This document shows positions 27,306 to 35,957 of a DNA stretch of 64,000 bases, one piece after another. Position 1 is the stretch's first letter; the number at the start of each line of letters is the position of its first letter. Source of the stretch: Roseibium sp. (GTDB lineage: Bacteria > Pseudomonadota > Alphaproteobacteria > Rhizobiales > Stappiaceae). Made by a program: the position numbers and the translations under genes. The notes below the pieces were generated by a model. It made no database searches, was not told the DNA's origin, and saw only the letters and a list, made by a program, of their open reading frames with translations. The stretch covers positions 2,912,971-2,976,970 of the forward strand of contig NZ_OZ255700.1 of assembly GCF_965276855.1 (NCBI RefSeq), read 5' to 3'.

Positions 27306-27872
27306 TCAAAAGCGAGACCGTTTTCGTATCGCACGCATCTTGGCCAGATAAAGCGGATAAGCTGCCGTTTCTCGAAGACAGGCATAGAGCCATCTGTTGA
27401 GTGGTGTATTTGAAACGGAACGTCCAGGGCCAGAACCTGCCGCTGAAAATCCGAGCGTTTTGAAACACAAAACCGCCCTGGGAAGATGATACCGGTCGGA
27501 GACGATCAGAATATTTTCAAGCTTCTCCCGCCGCAGGATACGTGCGGAAAAGACAGCATTTTCCAAGGTGGTTCGTGACCGGGTCTCGGTGCGGATCGCG
27601 CTTTCCGGAACACCCAAGGCGACCAACTCACGTTTCATGACCTCAGCTTCTGCCGGGGGATGGTTTCCAAGCCCGCCACATCCAACAATAATTGGCGCCG
27701 CGCCGGCGTGATAAAGCTCGGCTGCGTGTTTGATCCGCCTGAGAAGTGTCGGGCTGGGTCGCCCGCCTGTCCAGACCGCAGCTCCCAGCAGGACAATTGC
27801 GTCGGCTGGCGCCTGTCGATGTTGTCTTGGTTGCATCTTTGTTTGCTTACCTTGCTCGCAAACTATGGGCAA
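27306..27872 (-). CDS. YdcF/ElyC/SanA (DUF218) family protein
   Basis: AIVLLGA, RRIKHAAELY, GCGG, EAEVM, ETRSRTTLENA, VSDRYHLPRA, RETAA. Confidence 0.88.
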   Translation of the reverse strand: MPIVCEQGKQTKMQPRQHRQAPADAIVLLGAAVWTGGRPSPTLLRRIKHAAELYHAGAAPIIVGCGGLGNHPPAEAEVMKRELVALGVPESAIRTETRSRTTLENAVFSARILRREKLENILIVSDRYHLPRAVLCFKTLGFSAAGSGPGRSVSNTPLNRWLYACLRETAAYPLYLAKMRAIRKRSRF

Positions 27873-28078
27873 TTATTTGCGAGCTCAGTCCGCTCACGCT
27901 CTTTCGTTTCCCTGATGTGAAGGGGCTGTTCGACTTTGGTTCACGAAACCGTGAGGCTCAGAAATGGCTCAAGTCTTGGCCGTGGCCTCGGAAATGTCCC
28001 GATCTGCATTATATCCTCCGGTAATGCGCTGCAACAAAGTGCAGCGTCCGACTTTTTCTGACCGATAGGAGGATGTTC

Positions 28079-28564
28079 ATGGCAGTCGATTTCTCCCGCC
28101 GGACTATTCTTGCAGCTGGCGGTATGGCACTGGCGACCGGGGCTTCCGGGCTGATTGTTCCTGCGCAAGCGAAAGGCGTTGCACCGACCCCGTCGATGCG
28201 CGGCGGTGCCAACAACTACCGGCCTGGAGCACCGATCGTGAACCGGATCGGTGGTGGTGGTTTCTGGATGTCAGGCACTGTACGCCGGGCAGGTGACGGC
28301 GCGCCATTGGCCGGGCAACGGATTCAGATTTGGGCTCATACGACGGAAGGACACGAACGTGATCCGGAGAGCCACGGCGCGACCCTGACCGATGAGAATG
28401 GTGTGTTCCGGTTGGAAATGCCCCAGATCGTGCCGGCCTTTGGCCAGCCCCATGGGCACCTTGCCTATGACAGTGGCGACTTTGAAACCGTGTTTTTGCG
28501 CCCCGTGATGCCAAGCTCTCAAGACAAGAGCCTTGAAGCCCATTTCGTTTTGAACCCGGCATAA
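28079..28564 (+). CDS. Tat-exported intradiol-dioxygenase-like protein
   Basis: SRRTILAAGG Tat signal, GTVRRAGDGAPLAG..I.IWAH, TLTDENGVFR, QPHGH. Short, with degenerate iron ligands. Confidence 0.75.
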   Translation: MAVDFSRRTILAAGGMALATGASGLIVPAQAKGVAPTPSMRGGANNYRPGAPIVNRIGGGGFWMSGTVRRAGDGAPLAGQRIQIWAHTTEGHERDPESHGATLTDENGVFRLEMPQIVPAFGQPHGHLAYDSGDFETVFLRPVMPSSQDKSLEAHFVLNPA

Positions 28565-28580
28565 GCAGGTCGCGTTTGGA

Positions 28581-29216
28581 ATGAGACCATCCCAAAAGGC
28601 CATTCTTTGGGGTCTCATCGGTGCGGTCGTGATTGCTCCACTGGTGGCGGCCGCTTTGAGCCCTTTGCTGGCATGGCGTGATCCCGTTTACATTGTCGCA
28701 GGTTTTGCCGGCATCCTGGCAATGGCCTTGATGGTTTTGCAGCCGCTCCTGGCAAGCGGATGGTTGCCAGGGGTGTCTCTTGCAAAGAGCAGGTCAGTCC
28801 ATCGCTGGGTTGGCGGACTGCTGGTCTTGATGGTGGTCCTTCACGTTGGCGGATTATGGGTCACCAGCCCTCCAGATGTTGTCGATGCGCTTTTATTCAG
28901 ATCCCCGACACCCTTTTCCGCATGGGGTGTCATCGCCATGTGGTGCATCTTTGCAGCCGCGCTCGTTGCGGTGCTGCGGCGGGGCCTTCGTTGGCGTCCG
29001 AAAACCTGGCAGAAGATCCATTCGACCCTTGCATTGGGTGTTGTGGTGGGCGGCTCGGCTCATGCGTTTCTGATTGAAGGGACCATGGAGCCCGTCACCA
29101 AGGCAATCCTCTGTGTTGCCGCGGTTGTCGCCACCCTCAAGGCAATCTGGGATCTCAGGATCTGGTCCGGGCGCGCGGTTGCCAATCCCAAGACACAGAC
29201 CGGGCGCGTCAGATGA
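28581..29216 (+). CDS. Ferric reductase-like transmembrane (heme b) protein
   Basis: About 6 TM helices, four His (HRWVG, LHVGG, KIHST, AHAFL); no FAD/NAD domain. Confidence 0.82.
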   Translation: MRPSQKAILWGLIGAVVIAPLVAAALSPLLAWRDPVYIVAGFAGILAMALMVLQPLLASGWLPGVSLAKSRSVHRWVGGLLVLMVVLHVGGLWVTSPPDVVDALLFRSPTPFSAWGVIAMWCIFAAALVAVLRRGLRWRPKTWQKIHSTLALGVVVGGSAHAFLIEGTMEPVTKAILCVAAVVATLKAIWDLRIWSGRAVANPKTQTGRVR

Positions 29217-29736
29217 TCCGGTAGAGCGTGTCGTCCTTGCGGATGACATGATGCATCAGGACTGCACCAATATGGACGGCGAACAATCCAAGCAGTATCC
29301 AGGCGCACCATTCGTGGACTGCTGAAAAGATTGGTGCGATATCCGGGCTTTTGCCGATCGGGCTCCATACCTCAACAATACCGAACCACTTCAGCGGAAA
29401 ACCATGCGCATTGGTCGCAAGAAAACCCGACACCGGCATGAGGACCAAAAACAGATACAAGAGACTGTGGACCGCTTCGGCGGCATATTTCTCAAGCGGG
29501 GGAGCCTCGTGGCGCGGCGGTCTGTTCAGCCAGCGGTTTCCGACCCGGATCAGCATGAGCCACAGGACGATAAATCCGATGCTTTCGTGTAAGAGATAGA
29601 AATCGAGCACGACATCTTTCTTGGCAAACCCAATCATCAGCCCCAACGGCCAGGTCAACAGCACAAGCAGCGCGATTGCCCAGTGCAGCAACCTGGAGGG
29701 TGCCGCATAGCGGTTTTGGGTGCCAATGGCTGCCAT
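29209..29736 (-). CDS. Cytochrome b561 (CybB/YceJ family)
   Basis: RYAAPSRLLHW, LHESIG, VHSLLY, PVSGFL, VHEW, HIGAVLMHHVIRKDDTLYRI. Confidence 0.9.
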   Translation of the reverse strand: MAAIGTQNRYAAPSRLLHWAIALLVLLTWPLGLMIGFAKKDVVLDFYLLHESIGFIVLWLMLIRVGNRWLNRPPRHEAPPLEKYAAEAVHSLLYLFLVLMPVSGFLATNAHGFPLKWFGIVEVWSPIGKSPDIAPIFSAVHEWCAWILLGLFAVHIGAVLMHHVIRKDDTLYRII

Positions 29737-29861
29737 GTTTCATCAATCCCGTGTTTTGAAAATGCCTATCAAGTCTGGTGTTTGCATATCAGGCCGAATG
29801 CAACACAAATGTGATAGACAACACGTTCACGGGACATGCCCGCCGATTTGCGGATGATACT

Positions 29862-31427
29862 CTACGACCAGAACTTCGGCACATCCTTGGTCGCATCCCA
29901 ATAACCCCGGGCGTGCTGCCACATGGCTTGGCTCTGGGCTTCATGCCAGCCGATCGTGAATCCGATGGCTTGTCCGGCGGTCAACGCATCCTTGCCGGTC
30001 ACATTGCTCATTTCGGGAAGGCGTTCTGCCATGGCGACATCATTGAGATAGCCGAAGATATCCTGTAGCCGTTTCATCCGCTTCAGAAGCGGTTTGACCG
30101 TATCTTTCGGGTAAAGGCTCCCGAAAAACTCAATGCCATAGCGCAGTTTTTTCATGGCCTTGCGCATCTCGTGACGCTCCGGGATGGTCAACTCGTCCAG
30201 ACGCTTGCCGTACTTGTTGACCTTTTTCCATTGTTTGGCGAGGGCTTGAGCTGCAAAATCCTCGATTGGCTGCGCCAAGAGGCGGCTTTGGTCAAAGTTT
30301 TCCGGATCGAGCCATCCCCGGCCTTCTGTGTAAGCCGCCAGATCCAGCAGGAACGCGTTCACCTCCGCTGATTTCAGATGGGTCACCAGTGCGGTGCGGG
30401 TGTCCTTGCCGCGGGATGCATGAAGATCGGCGAGCAGGGCGTCGAAGGAAATGCTTTCCGGTGCTTTGTCCACGACCGGTTCGACGATCTCGTCAATCAG
30501 AACATCGAAATCGCGTAAGGCACCGGCTTCGGCCGCGATGGTTCTGGCCAGTTGGTCCAGCGGCGTCATGGTCGCCGGATTAAGGGCTGGCTTGAACAGC
30601 CGGAATGCACTGCGGAGCCGGCGCAGGCCAACCCTCAGCTGATGCGGCCCTTCCGGGTCTTCACTGGCGAGAACTGCTAGGCGGTTTTCTGCAATCTGAG
30701 TGAGGCAGGAGCGCAGCACATCTCGGAAGGCATGTTCCACGGTGATGCCTTGCTCAAAGACCACGTTTTCAGCAAAGAAGGGAACGGCTTTTCCGTCCGG
30801 TTGGCCTTCGGCGAACCGGTAGCCGCGTTCGGCCTTGCTGTAGGGTGAAAAGCGGAACGGCACATCATTTAGAAGCTGTTTGGCAACTTCGAAGAGCGCG
30901 GCGCTTGGTCCAGCCTTTAGTTCCATCTCCAGCTCGACCAGCGGATGGCTTTCCGGCCCGGCGAGAATGTTACCCGTGTCGAAGGCAAGTTCGATATGGG
31001 CACCGTCGGTTTCCCGCGTCAATTGCCGCGTGGTGCGCTTCATGACCGTTTCAAAGCACTCGGAAACACCGGCGTCGCCGATCGTCTCGACAAGTTTTGC
31101 GCGCACGTCAGCATCTTCAATGACAGAAAAATCGAGTGCACGTCCGGAAACGGCATGTTCGGCTTCTACTGGGGAGGACAGGCCACCCATGACACCGGTT
31201 CCAAGCTTAGCGGTTTGCACCCAGCTGCGCCCGGATTTACGCACACGCAAGGAGATCTTGGCCTGGCGGAGGGCCTGGTCCGGCGTATCGAAATAGATGG
31301 ATTGCAGGGTCTTGGTGACCGATCGGGAGGCGGCAAAATCCTTGAGTGCGCCAGACCGCTTGATCTCGTCCTGCGCTGCCGGGTCCAGTTCGAGTTTGAG
31401 CTCGATTTCACGTACTGATTTGGTCAT
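29862..31427 (-). CDS. CYTH and CHAD domain protein (YgiF-like triphosphatase/polyP-binding)
   Basis: EIELKL (ExExK), SIYFDTPD, LRVRK, ELEMELK; CHAD motifs HQLRVGLRRLRS, HEMRKAMKKLRY, QDIFGYLND. ATG at 31427. Confidence 0.92.
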   Translation of the reverse strand: MTKSVREIELKLELDPAAQDEIKRSGALKDFAASRSVTKTLQSIYFDTPDQALRQAKISLRVRKSGRSWVQTAKLGTGVMGGLSSPVEAEHAVSGRALDFSVIEDADVRAKLVETIGDAGVSECFETVMKRTTRQLTRETDGAHIELAFDTGNILAGPESHPLVELEMELKAGPSAALFEVAKQLLNDVPFRFSPYSKAERGYRFAEGQPDGKAVPFFAENVVFEQGITVEHAFRDVLRSCLTQIAENRLAVLASEDPEGPHQLRVGLRRLRSAFRLFKPALNPATMTPLDQLARTIAAEAGALRDFDVLIDEIVEPVVDKAPESISFDALLADLHASRGKDTRTALVTHLKSAEVNAFLLDLAAYTEGRGWLDPENFDQSRLLAQPIEDFAAQALAKQWKKVNKYGKRLDELTIPERHEMRKAMKKLRYGIEFFGSLYPKDTVKPLLKRMKRLQDIFGYLNDVAMAERLPEMSNVTGKDALTAGQAIGFTIGWHEAQSQAMWQHARGYWDATKDVPKFWS

Positions 31428-31825
31428 GGTGAAGATGTATCGAAAGCCAAAAAGCTTGTCTAGAAAAAGCGCACAATTTGCGCCTTTCTTCGCCGGCAAA
31501 TTTTCTAGAGTTTTCTCAAGCCGATAACATTGCAGCGTTGACCTGCGCACTGCTGGATTACCTTGAGGCACATAATTGCGGTGCGAGTGCCAGCGTCAGA
31601 GCCTATGCTTATGTCTGCCTCCATATCGGATCTCCGCTGAAGCCTATCTTGTGCCCTTTCGCTTCAGATCTAAAGTTCAAACGGTGCACTGATGCCGCTG
31701 CCGGGCAGGTTACTGCTGACTTCAGACAGCCTGTCGAAATGATCGTGGATAGTTTGCGGATTTGAGGCGTATCTCTGCTTGCATCGGCACGGGGGCGGTG
31801 ATATTCACGCACCTCGGTGTCAGTT

Positions 31826-31910
31826 GCCCCTCTGGCGGAACTGGTAGACGCGCGGGATTCAAAATCCCGTTCCTTCGGGAGTGCCGGTTCGATTCCGGCG
31901 GGGGGCACCA
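31826..31910 (+). tRNA. tRNA-Leu(CAA)
   Basis: GCCCCTC...GGGGGC-A-CCA acceptor stem, D-loop TGGTAGAC, anticodon arm CGGGA-TTCAAAA-TCCCG, long variable arm, GGTTCGATTCC T-loop; 85 nt. Confidence 0.98.
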
Positions 31911-32120
31911 CTTTTTTCTTTTAGCTTCTATTTCTTGAATAAGCCCGGGTGCCGTTAGGTTGATCTGACTGGATTGCAACAAACAACGGGTTTCGCCGAA
32001 TCTCTACTCAGTCCTTGCCAAAAATGTATGGGCTAGCTGACAACCTTCTGAAGTGCCGTTCAGCCCCCTCTGGTGCCTTCTCGAGCCATGACGTGTGCAG
32101 CATTTTGCTGGTCCTCAACC

Positions 32121-32154
32121 AAAAAACGAAAAGGCCGGGCTGTGCCCGGCCTTT
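32121..32154 (-). terminator. Intrinsic terminator (downstream one)
   Basis: Minus strand AAAGGCCGGGC-ACA-GCCCGGCCTTT followed by TCGTTTTTT. Confidence 0.8.
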
Positions 32155-32178
32155 CCTGTTTGCAGCATCAAGGACCTA

Positions 32179-32277
32179 TCAGAGGATAGATGTTCCATCG
32201 CTGAACCGCAGTTGTTTGATACCAATTAGGGTATCGTTGCCCTCATCACCTACAGTGTCCGTGATGGTTTGAAAGAG
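32179..32277 (-). pseudogene. Orphan C-terminal fragment of an RTX-type protein
   Basis: Manual translation LFQTITDTVGDEGNDTLIGIKQLRFSDGTSIL*. No start codon; out of frame with the upstream gene; lies between two terminators. Confidence 0.65.
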
Positions 32278-32297
32278 GCCCGAAAAAATACGGGCCT
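32272..32297 (-). terminator. Intrinsic terminator of the large secreted protein gene
   Basis: Minus strand AGGCCCG-TATTTTTT-CGGGCCT-CTTT, about 25 nt after the stop at 32321. Confidence 0.65.
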
Positions 32298-32320
32298 GTT
32301 TCTTGGTTGATGGTTCTACA

Positions 32321-35110
32321 TTACGGCACTACTGGGGCTTCTGTGACCATGTTAATTGACACCACGTTCACGAGATCACCCCCGTCATAAGCAGACAGCT
32401 TAATGGTATAGATGCCCTCATCTGTTGGGTCGAACGTTGCAAGCGGATTGTCAGCACCGTCATTGAAGAACTCATAATTCCACGACTGCTGAGCGACGTT
32501 GTTTGCATCTATGAGCTGCTGATAAAGATCGGCGTCTATTACGGTTGCGACCCTTGCAGTTTGCCCAGCTCCGTTTCCTGTTGAATTGTCACCAATTGCA
32601 TGATCAGCGCCCAGGTCGGTGATAATCGGATCGAAGGTCAGGAAGTTGGTGTCGATTGTAGGATCACTATCCAACTCCAACACGTATGTGTAGTCACTGA
32701 GTACTTTCCCTGACCCGCCATCAAGGTCAGTGTTTACAGCAAATTCAAAGTTCCAGACCGGTGTGGTCGGAGAATTAGCATCAAAACTAAACCCACCCGG
32801 GGCAATTGCCGCATCAAACGTAAAGGTGCCATCGCCATTGGAGTTGTAAATGCCAGCCGGTTGGTTGTTTGAATCAAATCGCAACTTCCCGCGAATCCCA
32901 AGCTCAAGGCTGTGGTCGGTATTGTCTACGATGGACGTGGTAAAGCTGCCATTTGCGTTCCCGCTTCCGAAAATAATCTCAGGTGTAACGTCCTGATCGT
33001 ATCTGGTCAGCGCTTCCAGTTCCAAGTTGTACACTGCATCCGCAAAAACCAGGTTTTCAACGTCCGTCAGCGTATTGACACCGTTGGCGTCCTCGACATG
33101 AAAGTTGCCATTCGCTAGCAAATCGGTTGTGTAATCCTGAAAGTTCCCAGAAAAAACGGCAACGTCGATACCGACTCCACCGTTGAGTTGATTGTTTCCA
33201 TCACCGCCAATCAGGATATCGTTTCCGTCGCCGCCGTTGAGGATATCGTTGCCTTCTTTGCCGTTCAGCTGGTCGCTGGACGACGTCCCGGTAATGGTTG
33301 AGTCAACAGTGCCCTGATTGGCAGACTTCTCGCCCTGGAATTCGGCGACAACGTCTGTCGTATTCGGGAACGTGATGCCATATGAAGAGCCGTCGATGTT
33401 AGTTTCTGTCACACCATCGATGTTGAACAGTTTCCATGAGGAAACCGCGCCAGAGAGATCCAGACCAGTGATCGACAGTCCATCGAGTTCACCAAAGTTG
33501 AAGATCGCAATCGGGTTCTTGTCATACTCGCCGCTGACGGACACACCGTTGAAGACAACAGTTCCAATGTCCGGAGAGCTTGCCGGAGCTGGATTTGCTG
33601 AGTTGGGAGCATTCAACCCGCCGATCAATTCGATCGCATTGTCTGGTCGAGACCCAATCACCGGACCTCCGGGGTGACCAACGATATTGATGTTTTCAAA
33701 TGTGGCATTTCCGTTGAAGCCGAACAACTTGATATGAGCCGTATTCCCGCCGCCATCTCCATTGTCTGAGAGCGTCGAATTACTGACAACCAATGCGCCC
33801 ATGGCCAGAAGATTTGTCGGGTCCGCATCGTCGGTCGAGAAGATGCCGCGTTCAGTGAACCCATTGATTTCACCATTGGTAAAGGTCAGCGTCCCAATAT
33901 TTGCGCCCGGAGTGACATCGATACCTCGCGTGCTGGTGCCGTTGCCGACAAGATCCAATCCGTCGAGGGTCACGTCACCGTCCACACCGGTCGCAAAGGT
34001 AACCGCCACGCCGGATGCCGGGGCGATGTTGACGTCCCCACCGTTTAACGCTTTGATCGTGATCGCTTTGTCGATGACAAGATTTTCGGCGTATGATCCC
34101 GCAGCTACATAGATAGTGTCACCTGCGGTCGCGGCATTAATCGCAGCCTGGATCGAACCGCCATTAACTTCCGCTGCGTCTACAACGGTGACTGTGATTG
34201 CCGCCGTTGAAGTATTGCCGCTGGCGTCCTGAGCCTCAACCTCGACCTCATAGACGTTGTTTGAGCCTGCATCCTGAGGGATTTCAAAATCAGGAGCAGC
34301 CGCGAACGTCAGGTCACCGGTGTTGGCGTCTATCTGGAAAAGCGCCTGGTCAACGCCACCAACAAGCGAAAACGTCGACGCTTCGTTGGCTATTATCGTG
34401 CCTACGTCGGTCTCGTTTTCATTGATCTCGAAGGTTGATGAAGACGTGATCGTGGGTGGAGTAGTATCTGGCGCTCCGCCGCCGCCGACAGGCGCATCTG
34501 GATCCGCGGGCGAATCGTCCGGATTATCGCTCGGAGTGCCGCTGTTGTTGGGTTGATCGATCGGGTTGCCGGCGGCGTTTTGCGCGCCAGAACGGCCTTC
34601 GTCAAAGCCGAACAGCAGCCAATGCTCAAAACCGCTGGAAAGGGTGCCGTTCGCGACGGCATCAGCAATATCCGGGTTTGCGGCCAAATAGGCGGCTTCA
34701 TCGAAACCTTCGCTGGTCTGTGAGGCGACGGATGCATTCGGAGACCGGCCTTCGCCGGCACCGTGATTGATGAAATGCAGGAACGGACTGATGCCGGATG
34801 CGGCGACGTCCGGGTTTTGTTCCAGATAATAGGTGGGATTGAAGATCGCGTTCGGGCTGCGGCCTTCCGTTTCACCAAACTGGTTGAAGTGGTTGAGCGG
34901 ATTGATGCCGGCAGCAGCAACGTCCGGGTTTTGTTCCAGATAGAACGACGTGTCGAAGTATGGGTTTGGATCCCTGCCTTCTGAAAAGCCAAATTGATTG
35001 AAGTGTTGTTCCGCACTCTCAAATAAACCTGCCTCAATTGCTGCCGCAACGTCAGGATTTTGTGAGAGATAGTACGCAGGATCAAATGATGATGTAATAG
35101 AAAAAGCCAT
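32321..35110 (-). CDS. Large RTX/T1SS-type mosaic surface protein (N-terminal repeats, cadherin, beta-helix, RTX, extra C-terminal domain)
   Basis: 4x FDxxYYLxxNPDVAA...HFxxFGxxEGR; cadherin (INENE...FQID..TG.L.F..APDFE.P.D...NVYEVEV.A.D); SIQAAINAA..GDTIYVAAGSY.E beta-helix start; GGDGND nonapeptides; no Sec signal. Confidence 0.85.
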   Translation of the reverse strand: MAFSITSSFDPAYYLSQNPDVAAAIEAGLFESAEQHFNQFGFSEGRDPNPYFDTSFYLEQNPDVAAAGINPLNHFNQFGETEGRSPNAIFNPTYYLEQNPDVAASGISPFLHFINHGAGEGRSPNASVASQTSEGFDEAAYLAANPDIADAVANGTLSSGFEHWLLFGFDEGRSGAQNAAGNPIDQPNNSGTPSDNPDDSPADPDAPVGGGGAPDTTPPTITSSSTFEINENETDVGTIIANEASTFSLVGGVDQALFQIDANTGDLTFAAAPDFEIPQDAGSNNVYEVEVEAQDASGNTSTAAITVTVVDAAEVNGGSIQAAINAATAGDTIYVAAGSYAENLVIDKAITIKALNGGDVNIAPASGVAVTFATGVDGDVTLDGLDLVGNGTSTRGIDVTPGANIGTLTFTNGEINGFTERGIFSTDDADPTNLLAMGALVVSNSTLSDNGDGGGNTAHIKLFGFNGNATFENINIVGHPGGPVIGSRPDNAIELIGGLNAPNSANPAPASSPDIGTVVFNGVSVSGEYDKNPIAIFNFGELDGLSITGLDLSGAVSSWKLFNIDGVTETNIDGSSYGITFPNTTDVVAEFQGEKSANQGTVDSTITGTSSSDQLNGKEGNDILNGGDGNDILIGGDGNNQLNGGVGIDVAVFSGNFQDYTTDLLANGNFHVEDANGVNTLTDVENLVFADAVYNLELEALTRYDQDVTPEIIFGSGNANGSFTTSIVDNTDHSLELGIRGKLRFDSNNQPAGIYNSNGDGTFTFDAAIAPGGFSFDANSPTTPVWNFEFAVNTDLDGGSGKVLSDYTYVLELDSDPTIDTNFLTFDPIITDLGADHAIGDNSTGNGAGQTARVATVIDADLYQQLIDANNVAQQSWNYEFFNDGADNPLATFDPTDEGIYTIKLSAYDGGDLVNVVSINMVTEAPVVP

Positions 35111-35769
35111 AAATACCCCCTACTAGCTTTCGCTTGCGTTTTAATCTCCGAATTAAGCGGGATGGTTGCGCATTGGGAAACCTAAATATTTTATTTAATT
35201 TATCAATAGGATTATTAACGTGAAGAAAATCGAAAATTCCCCGGAAATCTATAAGGTAATGAATTTAAAGCAATTAATTCTCATTAGTCTGCGAATTAAT
35301 TGCTTGTAAAGGTTAACGCGGCGCCTCGATTAAGTCCAGTTTGGAAGTAAAGAATGTCAATTTTATCGGTAAAAGATACAATCCGATTGTTACAATAAAG
35401 CCTTATCTTATTACTTGGTTTTAAATGAATATAATTACCCGGCAAAGAAACCTCTATCTTTGGCTGCATAGACTGCCAAAATTCTCCTTTTGAATGCCTA
35501 TAAAGCTGATGTCCTGAGAGAGGCAATATGAAGCGGAGCTCTTGCTTGCGCTTTGGATTGGTCCGGACGCAACCCGTTTCCCCAATGGTTGTCCGCCGGA
35601 CGCAATTGCGCGCTCAACGACACGCCAAGACACTGAATTACAGGCAGCGTTGGTATGGCTGGCGATGGTTCTTTTGTTTTTCCGTGGGTCGAAGCCTGGC
35701 TAAAAACCTTCATGCCTGTCGGTTTGCTATGCCTAAGCAATCGTAAATGTAAATAACGAAATTTTAGTA

Positions 35770-35784
35770 TTAATTTCAAGTTAA
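35770..35784. promoter_or_regulatory. CtrA-type site TTAA-N7-TTAA
   Basis: TTAA-TTTCAAG-TTAA, about 175 bp upstream of the protease. The surrounding DNA is AT-rich, so a chance match is possible. Confidence 0.35.
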
Positions 35785-35957
35785 TTGCATGTTCAAAAAA
35801 TATTAATGACGTTCCAACAAACAAAAAATACTAGAATTTCGATTCAATAATTTTTACCACCTGCCGCGCATACTGCCCTCACAAGCAAATAACAAGCTAA
35901 TGCGTCAAACATTCAAATAAACAGGGGCGGTGTATTCATTTCACCGAATGAAAACCT

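Noticed and set aside
34585-35090. Direct repeats with ~114-bp period, considered as CRISPR
   Set aside because: In-frame coding repeats with degenerate third positions; no unique spacers and no cas genes.
35498-35824. ORFs or a possible riboswitch in the higher-GC patch of the divergent spacer
   Set aside because: No recognisable protein motif or riboswitch consensus (c-di-GMP was checked by eye).
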